Positions 49,301-62,099 of a DNA stretch of 64,000 bases are shown piece after piece; within the stretch, counting starts at the first letter, position 1, and each line of letters begins with the position of its first letter. The translations under genes were made by a program, and so were the position numbers. Source of the stretch: Anthoceros angustus (Eukaryota; Plantae; Anthocerotophyta); contig MU008149.1 in the NCBI GenBank assembly GCA_010909165.1, positions 248,001-312,000 of the forward strand. Direction: 5' to 3'. The notes under the pieces were generated by a model. The model was not told the DNA's origin. It made no database searches and was given only the letters and a program-made list of their open reading frames with translations.

Positions 49301-52104
49301 GTTTGAGCAAGACTTTTAGGCGGGCGGTGGTGGCGCCACTTACATATTGAATCGGATATTGACAAGTGCAGTTGCTGGGCAGACCCCTTTCGAAGTGATA
49401 TGGCGGAGGAAGCCCAGTCTTCTCCATCTCCGAGTCTTCGGCTCTCCAGCTTACGCCTATGTTCCAAAGGAAAAACGTAAGAAACTAGACGACAGGGCGA
49501 GACCGATGCTATTTGTAGGCTATGGGGAAGAAGCAAAGGCTTACAAACTGTATGACACGCTTACCAAAGCTGCTGTCTTTGCTCGGAGTGTGACGTTTAA
49601 GAGCTGCTACCGGCTAAACCGTACTTCCATTCTCGGCCACACGACCAGGAGATTGTTACTCACACAGATATTTCAGATCTTGATGATCCGTTTTCTTTTC
49701 CACAGGATGATGCCCCTCCTGAGTCGACTCAACTCATTGTCGATGGATCCGGATCAACAAGGACGTCCGGTTCACGATCCGAGGCGTCGAGCCCCTGTAG
49801 TAGTTCCTTTGCCTGTTGATGACAACATCCCTGTTCCAGAACCAGATGGTTTGGCTGTTCCTCACAATGAAGATGCTACAGTCGCTGCCGAAGGCTTGCC
49901 ACTGAACCTGAAGATGAGTTTTTAGGCTTTGAGGATTTTGCTCAAGACATTTCAGCTGGGTCTGATCCGGATGACGTTTTTGTATGGGCCCCAGTTCAGG
50001 ACGCTCCTCCTGTGGTTCCTGATGAGCCAGTGTTAGATCCAGAGCCTCGATATCCTCGACGCACAAGGCTGCCTCCTTCTCTGGTAGAACCACCATACAC
50101 CTATTCGACTTGGCCAGTCACGTGCAGGTGTATCCACTCGGGGATCTGTCACCTCTTATTGCCACCAGTTCTCCTTTTATGAAGCCAGAGCCTCGCTCAT
50201 ATGTTGAGGCCACTACAGGAGCTGATAAGGATCACTGGATCCCTTCCATCAAGGACGAGTACGACTCCCTGATCAAGAATGATACATGGGAGTTGTGTCC
50301 ACGCGGCGACCAGGTCGGCCCAAGTGGGTTTTCAAGCAAACGCATAAATGGTGACATAGCTTTATTATAAGTCCTGCCTTGTAGCAGCGGTTTTTCTCAA
50401 GTTCACAGAGTTGACTTGAGACTCGCCCCGCTGCCAAGACATACCGATTAGGATGATTCTTGCTCGGCATGCAACGATGGGATTTGCAACAAATGGATGT
50501 ATGCACCGCACGTATGGGGCTGGAGGAGGACATATATATGCAGCCCTGAGGGTTTCGTTGACCACAGGCATCCAGGCTGGGTGCCGCCTCAAGAAGACCA
50601 TTTATGGCCTTAAGCAATCTGCTAGGGAATGGTATAAGACTATTGATAAATACCTCAAGTCACTTGGTTTCCAACAGAACCCAGGTGATGCTAACGTCTA
50701 TTTATATTCCAAGGATGGACGGATTGTAGTGCTGGCCCTCTACGTCGACGATGCCATCCTCGCGTCAAACGATCCTTCATTGTTAGCCTGGGTCAAGCAG
50801 ATGTTGCACCAGAGGTTTGACATGAAGGACATAGGGCCCCTTACCTTTGTTCTCGGAGTCCAGCTCGTTAGGGACCTTGCCTCTCACACCATTCTGCGCA
50901 TCAGCCAATAAATATTTTGAACTCTTCGCTGCTTTCGATTGACAAAGCCAAACTGTCTCCCTGTGTTACTGCGCTGTTATCTGCACTGCCTCGTGACCTC
51001 GATTGAAGATGGGCAGCTGTGCCATGTCTCAAGTCCCTTATCGCCATGCTGGTTAATTACATAAGTTGTTGGACTACATATCCAGATTACTCTTGTCAAT
51101 CTTGTTTCTCGGTTCTTGACAACCTGGCAGAGAGGGAGAACAACGAGTGTGCGTGTTACGCTTATTTGAAGGGTACTCAAGATTACGGCTTATGCTTGGG
51201 GCAATCAAATGAGCATACCATTTACGGATTTGCACGCCGTGCAGACTCTATCGGACCCGGATGCTCAAGAAGCATTTGACTTATTGCTTCACCACGCCAA
51301 ATGCACCACCGGAGCTCGAAGAAAGCAGTTGGTGTGGCTCGTCCTCTAGGCGCAAAGCATAGCGAAGCGGCCAAGGAAATTTGCACGGAAGCGTTGTTTC
51401 ATGCAAGGTTTTGGATTTGCCCAGTCTCAGCCAACCCCTATCCACTGTGATAACATGTCCACCACCAACCACCCACGTTTCCACGTCCTGAAGCACATAG
51501 AAGTGCACCATCACTTTATTAGGCATTCTGTAGAACAGAAGCAAGTCTACATTCAGTATGTTTCCACAGATGAAAATATCGCAGATTTGCTTACCAAGTA
51601 CTTGCCTACGCACAAGCACATGCTGCACATGGAAGCCATGGGTGTGAAGGACTGTCGGCTACATCACAGGTAGCTGCATAGGTCACCTAAGTTGCAGGCA
51701 TGGCGGATGAAGCTTCATCGAGGACACAATCGCCGCCGCTAGCCTATGGTTTCAATTGATCACTACTAGCAGATCTGCAATTTGCATACTTGAGCACTTC
51801 GGCCCACCACCAAAGTTACCCGGTTGCCCGTCAATCCTCCCGGTGGCGACGAGCCAAAGTGCACTCCCAGGTTTGCAATGCCACCGCTGCTCTGCAAAAG
51901 TTCGTTCCAGCTGTAGTTATGTTTCGTGGCTCGAGCTCAAGTTTCGTGCGTCTTCTCGCCTCCTTTGTTCTCGCGGAGGTGCCGTCTGAGAGGAACACTA
52001 CAGCGATCACAAAGGCAGTAGACTCGTGCAATCGGATTAGCAGACTTGCCATGGTTTTTCAGAAATCACGTTGCCGCTAACAAGCTGCTCTGTTTATGGG
52101 GGCG

Positions 52105-52280
52105 TGTTCTAAGTAACTTCATTAGGTTAACTTCTTAAGTAAATAGCGCTTGTTGCTAAGGGCTATATATATATATATGGGTTTTTAAATCATGACTCGT
52201 GAGTTTTGTATATAAACACTTTCATTTATTTAAACATTAATCTTTGGGTACATCGTAAGAATATTCTCCGATGTTTTACA
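52105..52280 (+). repeat. Copia 3' LTR
   Basis: Preceded by polypurine GGGGGCG; ends GATGTTTTACA like the 5' LTR. Confidence 0.92.
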
Positions 52281-52851
52281 ATTGTCCTGTTTTTGTTTTG
52301 TTGCTTCATGTAGGGCATGCCACACTCCCTCGAGCACTCACACTATGTGAGACCACCACGAGAATGAGCAGGGGTCTGTTGGCCTATTTTTCAATGATTC
52401 ACGAGCTTCACTCTTTCATTTTTTAAGGCGTGTAATGAATCTAAAAACATCAGCCCCTCATGCAACGACGAGCTTTCCAATGGCATGCGTATTGCATGTC
52501 AACTTCATGCACCACAAAGGCATCTCGCATCGAGAATTGTGAGATGAAATGTGGCGAACCACCTAAAGACATTGAATTATCCACATGTTTTGCACAATTT
52601 ACCTCAAAGAGGTAACACCATAATTTCTAAAGGGGAATATAGTCACCCCTTTGGTCAACACCCTTGACACATTTTACACCCTTCCTACGATAGCGGATCG
52701 CTAAGCTATGATAATGGGCACACCCTTTGGGAGTCCATACCTTGGATGAAAGACGACTTTCAATTCTATACCCAGTAGAAACCTTTGTAGGCGCGGGCCC
52801 ATCTCGCATTTTTGTAGAAAGCACGGTGGGCTGCCATTTTCATCTGTTAAA

Positions 52852-53043
52852 GAGCTTGTCGACGACATCTTCGTCCCCAGGCTCGCAAAAGTCGGCGTGG
52901 TGTGTCGCGTAGCCTTGAACTCCATCGTCCCGGAGCTGCATCAGTCGACCGGCCCACAAACCCGCGAGCACGTTGCGGCGGGCAAGGACGTTGTCACGCG
53001 TGTCGGTGTCTATGCACGAGTCGGTCCCGGTGGAGGATGCGGT
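52852..53043 (-). pseudogene. Fragment resembling alphaproteobacterial DUF1476 / F1Fo-ATPase inhibitor zeta subunit
   Basis: VLARRNVLAGLWAGRLMQLRDDGVQGYATHHADFCEPGDEDVVDKL matches the zeta pattern ARRNxLxGxWA...D...YA...DFxEPGDEDVxxKL; ~64% GC by hand count and CpG-rich against AT-richer flanks; N at 53044. Confidence 0.7.
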
Positions 53044-54592
53044 NCAAGGCCTCATTTGATCGCAAGCGAAGAGGAAAATTGGAAAAATGGAAAGTGCTTG
53101 CATATGGACTTCAAGTACGAATGGAACAATTTCTTGCAATAAGCAATTTACCTAAGCCAAGTCCTTCATATGACAATAACTGGATCAACATCGACATTAT
53201 GTGAAAGAAATACGAAATTGGATGGATAGATCAAATGTTATTGCACAAGACGATGTCCCACAAAATGTTGCCCCACAAGAAACTACAATAAAAGAAGGAG
53301 TATAAAATCAAGATTTATGTGAAAACAATGTCGACCACACTCCAAAATTTTATGATAGGAAGCCTGGATATAAAAACCCCAATCATATTGAAGGATGCCC
53401 TACGGCATATGTTGAAAGTTATGCGAAAATTCTAATACAAGGGTCCCATCACCTAGTTCCGTGTTGGATCCAATCATGGTCAAGAGTATCCTCCAAAGGG
53501 AGCACAATATTCATCGAATCAGACATAGTGCCATGAAGTGTTTCCATGCATTTAGGAAGAGTTGACCACCAAACCACACAAACGTGACATCCGGTTTTTT
53601 TGCCAAAGAGATGGCGCAGGAGATCCAAGCCTGTGGCCGCAACGCCACACTTGGTTCAAGGAACATGCGCACCCATCGACCTTCAAGACTTGAGTCAATC
53701 AAGAAGAAGGAGAAAGATGGCAAAAAGGTCCGATAACCCTAAGAACATGGGGAAAGAAGAGCTAAGACCAAGAAAGCGACCCTACTTGGGACAACCAACA
53801 TCCGGAGACGCTTTGGCGAGTCCCAAGGTGGAGAAACGCCATATCTTCCTCTTGCTATTTACGATCCGCAACGGCCGCAAGAGAACGATGACATCGCCCC
53901 GAGGAAAAGACAACATTCGCCAAACTAGCTAGAAACATAGACCATGTCAACTGTTGGAGATCAAAATGTGAGTGCGCGCACAAGTTTGTGCACAAATAGC
54001 ATGGCTACCAAGGAAAAGTCGATCGAATGTCTCGATGGTTTTCTCGTAATTCGATGTAATGTCCCATATCGTATCGCACTAAAAAATTGAAATGTTTGCG
54101 GGTGACTGTCATGGGAGAAATACAAAAAAGGTGATTCCAAGCATGGATTTCCGCCGGGGTATCCGGAACGTCCAGAAGCAAAAAGGGGGTTTGGAGAACC
54201 CTTTAGAATGTGACCGTTAATGGTGTGCAAACAGATGGACGGCCCCAGGATCATGGCCGATCACCCGGAAGTGCATGCTTTGTAATGACCGCGTATGACA
54301 CATATCTATTTCACACGCTTATCCACGATGCATGTACCGTTGCAATTTAGGTACCAAGGGTGACGCATTACCCAAACGCGCCTCGGTCACCGGGATTGTC
54401 TTTTTGGTCCATGATGAGTCAATGCATGTCATGGTCCTTGGATTGGGAAATGCCCATGTCCGCAGTGTCATTTGTCCTTCCGCCATGACATGTACATGCA
54501 TGACATGGTCCACGACATCGATGATTTGGGCCATGACATGTATATGCATGTCATGGGCTTGACCATGGCATGCATTTACATGTCATGGCCGA

Positions 54593-55908
54593 ACATATAT
54601 AGTCACGAATATCTCGCCACATAGCGACGGCCAAGCATTATTCCGGCATTTCGAGGGCCAAGGACAAATGCGACCTCATTGCACAAGGATTTATTTGTCC
54701 TTGGGCCTCGACATCGTGCATGTCATGGCTCCCATGGTCTTGTCATGTCCTTGGCCCATGACGCATATACATGTCATGGGCCAAGGACATGATATGACCA
54801 TGACATGCATATGCATGTGATGGTCCAAGGAAACATTTTTCCTTTGACCATGAAAATGTATATGCATGTAAATGTCAGCGCATGACATTTATATAATAGG
54901 CATGGGCCAAGGACATTTATATAATTGCCATGGGCCAAGGACAAATTTGTCCTTGGGCCATGACATGTATATTAGGCTTCATGGGCAAGGACAACTTTGT
55001 CCTTGGCCCATGGCAATGCATGGCATGGTCAAGACCAGGACATGAACCGCCATTTCGTGGGCCAAGGACACATTTGTCCCACCAAACTGCATGCATGGCA
55101 TGGTGGCCCAGACATAAATTTTCATGCCAATAAGGACAAATTGTCCTCGCCCAGACATGTAATTCATGTCATGGGCGAAGGACAAATTTGTCCTTGGCCG
55201 GAAAGGCCATATTGGTGTCTATATATGATATGTGAGTGTGGTGTAGACTTCATTTGGGAGGACATGCTATTATGAGGACTTAAAACACAAGGAGCGCATG
55301 ATGAGGTGGCCAAACATGCATGGGGATGGGCCTAGTTGTCATGGGCCAAGGACAACTTTGAGCTTGGCCCATGACATGTAAATGCATGGCATGGTCTTAA
55401 CCATGACATGACATGCCATGGGCCAAGGACAAAGTTGTGCTTGGCACATGACATGCATATGGATGTCATGGGCCAAGGAAAACTTTGTCGCCCATGATGC
55501 ATGCATGTCGTGCGCAGACATGCATATATATACATATGACATGACATATATACATGCCATGGGCCAAGGACAAAGTTGTCTGGCCCATGACATGATATGG
55601 GGCCAAGGACTTTGTCCCATGGCATGTATATGTATGAACATATGACATGTATATACGACATGGTCCAATGAAAATGTTTCCTTGGACCATGTCATGTACA
55701 AGTCATGGTCATGTCATGTCCGTGGGCCATGACATGTATATGCATGTTATGGGCGAGACATGACATGACCATGGGCCATGACATGGACGATGTCGAGGCC
55801 CAAGGACAAATAGTTCCTTGGGCAATGACAAGCTGGCATATGTCCTGGCCCTCGAAATGACCGTGAATGTTCTTGGTCAAATGTGTAGAATTTGGTGACT
55901 ATATATGT
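54593..55908. mobile_element. Foldback/MITE-like element, 1.3 kb, long inverted arms and internal CATG palindromes
   Basis: ACATATATAGTCAC (54593) vs GTGACTATATATGT (55895-55908); arms of at least ~280 bp align as reverse complements (CATTTCGAGGGCCA, ATTTGTCCTTGGGCCTCGACATCGT, GGTCCAAGGAAACATTTT); the interior repeats CATGGGCCAAGGACAAATTTGTCCTTGGCCCATG-type 34-bp palindromes. Confidence 0.85.
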
Positions 55909-56699
55909 CTACGAGTGATAAGTGTGGTCATCCTTGATTAGGTCCCACTTGTTATAATGAGGAGTTGAGACATAAGGGAAGGCGGCGAGGTGGCAACTTT
56001 GAATGGCGACGCGCGCGCATGGCAGTCACGATCGCGCATCGCATGCTGTCCGGAGACATGGCCTATTACTTCCGCCATCACACCGCGTGTTACTTCCACT
56101 TGCATCTTTTCAATCACCTTGCGTTGCAATCTTTGTCTCGGTTCGCTCTTCGTGCTTTCGACTTTGCGCGTTACAAAGATGGTGTGGGACGTGGACTTGA
56201 GGATTTGGCCGAGGTCCGCCTAAGTCCGCACCGACTTCAACTCGCTGCGTGACACACCCGCCGGTGAAGATGGCGCCCGGCCGCGTCAAAGGAGGGCGCC
56301 CGCCGGGGCGATGGCAACTATGGCGGCGGCGGCTGGGCTGGTGGTGGGCAAGCACGCGAGTGAAAGGGACCGCGTGCTGGTCATGGAAGTGTCACGGCTC
56401 GGCGGTGGGAAACGCGAAGCCGGGAGGTGGAAACGTGGGTGGACCCATAGAGGCCGGGCACATCCGAGACGGAGAGGGCGTGGCGAGGAGGGTGGCACAG
56501 TGACAACAGACTGGGAGCGCCACCATGAAGATGGGCGGGCAAGTGTCCTTCCAAGGTTGCGGAGGAGGAGGTGATGGCGATGCCCGCAAGTTTGCTCGCC
56601 GAGGGTGGGGATGGGAAGGAAGATGCTTCCACCATCAACCCCCGCCGGGAGGGAGCGCACCCGCTCCTATGGGCGTTGCTGGCTGCTCCGGAGGGTTTT

Positions 56700-59460
56700 G
56701 GTCCTCGAGGCGGGAGGTGGCCCTTCCCGGAGCAGTGGCTGGTCCTGGGATGAGCGAACATCGTCCCCTTGTGGCATGGATGCCCTCAAGTGCGCCCACT
56801 GGGCCCATCCCGCCTCCCGAGGGACCACTTGCCTATGCCGACGCGAGCGAGGTGCACGCGAGCCAAGGGAGGAAGGGCATGCTCGACCTCCACCGTGAAG
56901 AAAACCGGATGTGGGAGATGAGGACAGGGTTGAGGGGGCAAGCCAGCCAGAGGCCGAGACGGCCGACTCCGAGGCGGATGGAAATGGCGAGGACGAGGAC
57001 AATTGCGAGGATGAGGCTGAGGTGGGTGAGATGGAAGAACGGGTGACAGGGACGACGTCCCCACCACTGCAACTCCGGCAGAGATAGGAGAACTCACCAC
57101 AGCGCTGGCCGGTAAGCAACTCGACGACGTCATTGTTGTGTGTGCTCCACGCAGGAGGAGTGTTTATACCGCCTGTGCGATGGAGGTTGGGTCGAAAATG
57201 AGGATCAGCCGATGCGGTGGAGGATGAAGAAGGATGCTGAGGAGGGCCTTCCAGTGTCTTGGAGCTAGTGTGTGCGAAGATGACGTTGATGGTGCCGTGG
57301 ACAAGCCATGACGAGTCCGAGGGAGAGGTGGTGAGTATGGTAGAGATTGAGTTTCCGTGCATCGACCGGGATGAGATTGTGGCGAGGTGCATCACGGACA
57401 AGGAACCACAACGAGGGAAGAAGGTGAGGCAAGCATTGATATGGAGGGAGAAGGTGATGCGAAATGGCTCCATCCGAATGTCACAACGAAGGCATGGAGG
57501 AAGGCCGTGGAGCGGGGTGACGTTGCACAAGAATGGGGGTGTGGCCAACACCTCAAAGAAGCTGCCGCAACGCCCGCAAGGCCGGCAAAGCATGATCAAG
57601 GGACCAATCTTTGGTCCACTAGGGGCGAAAGATTTTGAAAGGAAGTTCGCAACGGTGGGGAGGGAGCGAACGGTAGAGGAGTGGGCAGCGAGGAATGGCT
57701 TGGAGAACATGCCGAGTATTGGAGAGGTAAGGGAAAAGGCATGACGGTGTGAGAGGGCAAGTGGGCGAGGCAACGCTTGTCGATCGATGTGATCACCGGA
57801 GTGGCATGTGATGCTTGGAGACGGAATGCAAGAGGGAAGCAATGGATGAGGCGAGGATGACACATGCAAAGTGTTGAAGAGGGTGGGGGGACAACGAGGG
57901 AGAGGGAGGGAAGACAGCTGGTGGCACTGGAAGAAGGGGGACAACAGGGTGGAAGTGGTGGCACCGACACGGAGGATCACACGGAGTGTCGAAAAGTGTA
58001 AGTGCAAATGTGTAACATGTCATGCAAATGGCGATGCAATGGGCGAACATCGATCGGTGCTTTTTGCAGCCCATGGTGGTCGAAAAGAAGGAAGCTGTGT
58101 GGAAGGATGTGGGAAACGCAGAGCCCGTGAGGCGTGAGCAAGGGAAGAGAAAGCGGCACCAAGCATGACACCAACAAGCAAAGGAAGAAACGCGGTTCTA
58201 CACGGAAGAAGAAGAAGAATCCTCCGAGGACAACCAATGAGTGTAGGGGTGTCTGCAAGAAGCCTAAGTAGCATAGGATTTAGTTTTATGTAGGAAGAAA
58301 GTGAGGGCTTCGAGGAGTTAGCCATCTAGATGAATGTGTGGTTCAGCGCAGGTGATGTGTGAAGGCGAAAGGGAGAAGCTTGTGGCTGCCGAATCGATGA
58401 CTCAAGATAATTGTGACATTGCGCTTTGACACAAGCGAATTGCCGGTAGGTGTGGGTTGAAGCACGATTGCTAGGTTTGCTGATGTGTGAAAAGACGACC
58501 AGTGGACGGTTGGGGAAACGACGACGCCATTGCTCATGGGTACGGACAAAAGCATGGGATTAGTCCTCATGTACCACCCTTTCCCAATTTCGTGTATGTA
58601 TGTATAAAGGAACCTAGTTGTCCATGCACTCAGTTGGTGGAGGAGGAGGAGATGGTGACGAACAAGCGGTCGCGTGTTCAAGCCGCTTAAGTCAAACGAT
58701 TTTGCAACCGCAAGAACAAGAGGTAACGAGGCGGTCAAGAATGTGCGATACCCGACCAAAGAAGAGAACGATATCTCGTAATCGGAAATAAAAATATCAG
58801 ATAATCCAGTTCATGTACAAATACCTACCTACAAGTAGGTACCGTATGAAGGTAAATCCAGATCTACAAGTAGGTACTGTGACGTATGAAGGTAATGTGT
58901 ATTCTATCTCTACCAAGATATCGTGCAAAAGCCATAAACAAATAGTATACAAGCCAATAATAGCTATGGTAAGCCATAAACAATTAGTATACAAGCCAAT
59001 AATAGCTATGGTAGGGAAAAAGGTTGATATAGGAATTATGGGGTGTGGTAGAGGAAGGAGACAATTAATGAGAGACAATTAATGAGCATGTTAGTGTGAT
59101 ATCCGTTTGGGCGCCATTAACAATAGTTGTGAAGAGAGAGTGCAATGAAGAGCAATAGGAAAAACATTAACTAATTGTACTTCCAATGGGGTGTAATAAA
59201 GAGGGGACTGATAGAGAAGAGAGAGAGGGTCCTTATACCATGTTGCATTTGCATGAGGGAATTCATAAACAATGCGTATGAGAGGGATGTAGTTAAGAGG
59301 GTGAAGTGGTAGGAGAGAGAGCAAGGTTCGTGTTAAGATTGTAGGCCCAATGCGGAAAGAAATGACAAACTTAATACCAAGCCTCCAAATGATGTTGCAA
59401 GTTACAAGTGTAACATAAAATTGCAACAACGATCAGAATATAGGGGCCATTTCTAGTAGG
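56700..59460 (-). mobile_element. Possible highly degenerate non-LTR retrotransposon remnant
   Basis: Strong purine/pyrimidine strand skew; weak RT-like traces (AKSFD, PMSNGV, FAFTHHL, YLG) followed by Cys-rich CRPCGRC / CLRC. No intact motif. Confidence 0.25.
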
Positions 59461-59469
59461 AAACTTGTC

Positions 59470-60621
59470 CACCCAACCTCACACCACATCACCATTTGTG
59501 ACTGCGTGGAGCACCTTGATACTCAGGAAACCCGGAGCATTGTTGGCTCCTATCCCGACCTCGACCGCTTGCAATGAGGAGGAGAATATTGAAATTGAGT
59601 ACTCTCTCAGGCCCCGCGCGCCCCGCTGCCACGCCTCGCAAAGGTTGTCCTACCCTGCTCCCAATTGTTCCTCCCTCCGGTCGTTGCCAAGCAGCCAGAT
59701 CCTCAAGCTGCTCCCGCACCCGGAGTCACTAACCCCGCTCCTACCAGAGCAAATCCACCAGCCGCCATGCCTGAGAGGCGTCAATCCTCACGAGCTCGCC
59801 GCCGTCCGGCTTACCTTGATGATTACGTGCCGCCCCTGCTCACCGCAACTCCATCGGACCGGCTCAATTGCTTCAAATGGAGAATCACTGAAGGCAGACA
59901 TCGAGGCCGACACTCCTCCTGCCACTCTCATGGCAAGAGCAATGTTGGCTGCCACTCACGTTCTGGAACCAGCAACTCTTGAAGAAGCACTTGCATCACC
60001 TGACAAGGAAGGATGGATGCACGATTCGGCAAGAATATGATTCACAGCGATTGAAGACATGGTGGTGCCACTCCACTCCCTCGAAGGCAACCAAATGTGG
60101 ACATTTCAAGTTGAAGTCAGCGGAACCAGAAGACTCAAAGCATGGGTGAAGGGTTATAGCCAAAGGCCAGGCCTCGACTATGGAGATAACATCTACGCAC
60201 CTGTGGTGACCGCCCAATCAGTGAGGTTCCTCCTGGCAATCGCGGATGAGCATGACCTTGATGTGCATCAGCTTGACATTTCAATAGCCTTTCCTTTATG
60301 CCACACTGAAGGAAGAAATTTACATGGAGCAACCACCCATGTATGTTGATCCCAAGAGACCTACACAGGTCTCCAGCCCAAGGGCTCAGACGCCTCAAGC
60401 AATCACCAGCTGAATTTTATGTGCTGATCGATGGCCACCTTATTCAATTTGGCTTTGTCAAGACCTTAGCAGACCAGAATTTATACTTGCTGCGAAGAGG
60501 AGACAAATTCCTGGCGTTGGCCCTTTATGTTGACGATTGCATCATGTTTACCAACGACCCAGGAAAGCTGCTTGTAGATGTAAAGGAGATGCTTGCTGCT
60601 AGGTTTAAGATGAGAGACCTC
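59470..60621 (+). mobile_element. Second Ty1/Copia fragment (integrase-RT linker plus RT), truncated
   Basis: RRPAYLDDYV, EPATLEEALASPDKEGW, KGYSQRPGLDY, APVV...VRFLLAIA...VHQLDI, LKQSP, LALYVDDC, FKMRDL; ends abruptly at 60621. Confidence 0.9.
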
Positions 60622-60700
60622 CACTACAACAATGTAGATGATATTAAGACAAAAATAAAGACAAAATGGAGACGAAATCCTCCCTCTAATGACGCGGCTG
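60622..60700 (+). mobile_element. Probable left terminus of a CACTA (EnSpm) transposon
   Basis: CACTACAACAAT starts exactly where the Copia RT homology breaks off; no matching right end (TTGTAGTG) seen in the window. Confidence 0.55.
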
Positions 60701-62099
60701 CCCAGGATGCATTCCGTCTTTACATTGTCATAACGAGAACGCGTGCAGTTAATGACACGGAACCCCAGTCCTCCCTTGGTTAACCCGCACGCTGGGAAAT
60801 CCTGGCTATCCGTCTATGAACGGACGGAAGAGGAGAACCGGACCGCCCACCTCAAGCACCTCGGCTGAGCGGACCGGCGGTAAGTAAGCATGTCCGCCGT
60901 CCCGCTTCTCCACTCGAGGTGTGTGTCGTCCGCACACAATGTCCGGTGGTCGACGCCGCAGGCGCATACCGTGCTGCTAGTATGGTTCTGTTTTGAATTC
61001 CAAACATAGTGTCTCCCGGGTGGTGTTCGCACGCTATTAGACTTAGCAATCAATCCAGATTTTCCACCGCAGCACGCCGTCAGTGCACGCAATGCATGCC
61101 TCAACAACAATCGGCTACGCTTGATTTTCACGATCGCGTAACATCCGTCCGCTCGGGTTCCACAAAAAGGGTGATGCCTGTTCAAAGTGATTCGATAAGG
61201 ATGCCCATTTACATTAGCGAAAACGCGTTCGGAGCTCGTAATCAAACACCCCGGCATTTGGTGCTTAGTCATGGAGTCTACAAAACGCAAGCAACAATTG
61301 CCCATGCCCCTAAAGATAGCGATCGCGGGTAAAGTGGGGGCCCATCCGGTTTAGCGTTTATGCTTTGCGATGCACCACCATGACGGCTCGCTTTCGCATT
61401 CCCCAATCCGGTCCGAACGGGTGGGCTTGTGTTTTGCGATGGATTCCCCTCGCTCCTCCCTTCGCACTCCCCACGGACATCGATCCCATGGGACCTGAGA
61501 CACAATCCATGCGCATAGCCAATGCAAGTATCCACAATGGACATGGGCTGCTTACCGGCGTCATCTCTGTTCGCGTTGCTCTTCCCGATGGTGCGGCTCT
61601 CGGTGACACTTGAGATGAAAGCACAACGTCAATGGCGACCACGCTGAAGTTCGGCCGCGTCTCGTCCACCGACTTGTCCCCGCCATGCGGCTTTAGGCGC
61701 TTCCATATTACTGCCTGAAGAACAACATCGATCCGGCTCAACACCTGATCCTAACACGACATGTTCTGAATACAAACCCCCAGCAAGTCGTTATAAGAAA
61801 ACTCTAGGCTCACCACTCGCAAGTGCAGGAGAAGGGAATGCGCCGTCAGACTCCATTGGCCCATCTCCCTGAGATGCAACCTTCTCCGGGACCCTGGATT
61901 GTCGCCTCAGGAATCCAGCCAATCCACCTTTTCCGTATGGATTTGTCCCCGCCTTGCCATGCTGCGATCTGCGCTTCCACCGCCTTCCATTGTAGCGGGC
62001 CACCGTCGTGGTTTGCTGCCAGCTCGCACCTCGGCCTCCACGGCCTTCGTCGGCGGCCAAGCCCATTACTGGCGAAGATGGTCACCGCCCCGATTCCTC

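Larger units (their letters stand above)
46162..52280 (+). mobile_element. Full-length decayed Ty1/Copia LTR retrotransposon (~6.1 kb)
   Basis: 5' LTR 46162-46350 and 3' LTR 52105-52280 (TG...CA); PBS TGGTATCAGAGC; PPT ATGGGGGCG; flanks ATTGT(T)/ATTGT; gag knuckle C*CGLQGHWEREC; protease WYLDSGATSHIC; integrase LELVHADI, QQNGVAERRN; RT LKKTIYGLKQSAREW, LYVDD; RNase H IHCDN, ADLLTK. Many stops and frameshifts. Confidence 0.96.

Noticed and set aside
54319-55880. Met/His/Cys-rich ORFs as metal-binding proteins
   Set aside because: Translations of CATG/TATA repeats in the foldback element.
35200-56300. Terminal inverted repeats delimiting the MTase-transposase element
   Set aside because: Compared candidate ends by eye and found no convincing TIR pair or TSD, so boundaries are left undefined.
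56249-58074. 446-aa ORF 56667-58007 and overlapping ORFs as real genes
   Set aside because: Ser/Pro/Leu-rich composition follows from strand skew, no clear domain, and many overlapping frames of similar length.
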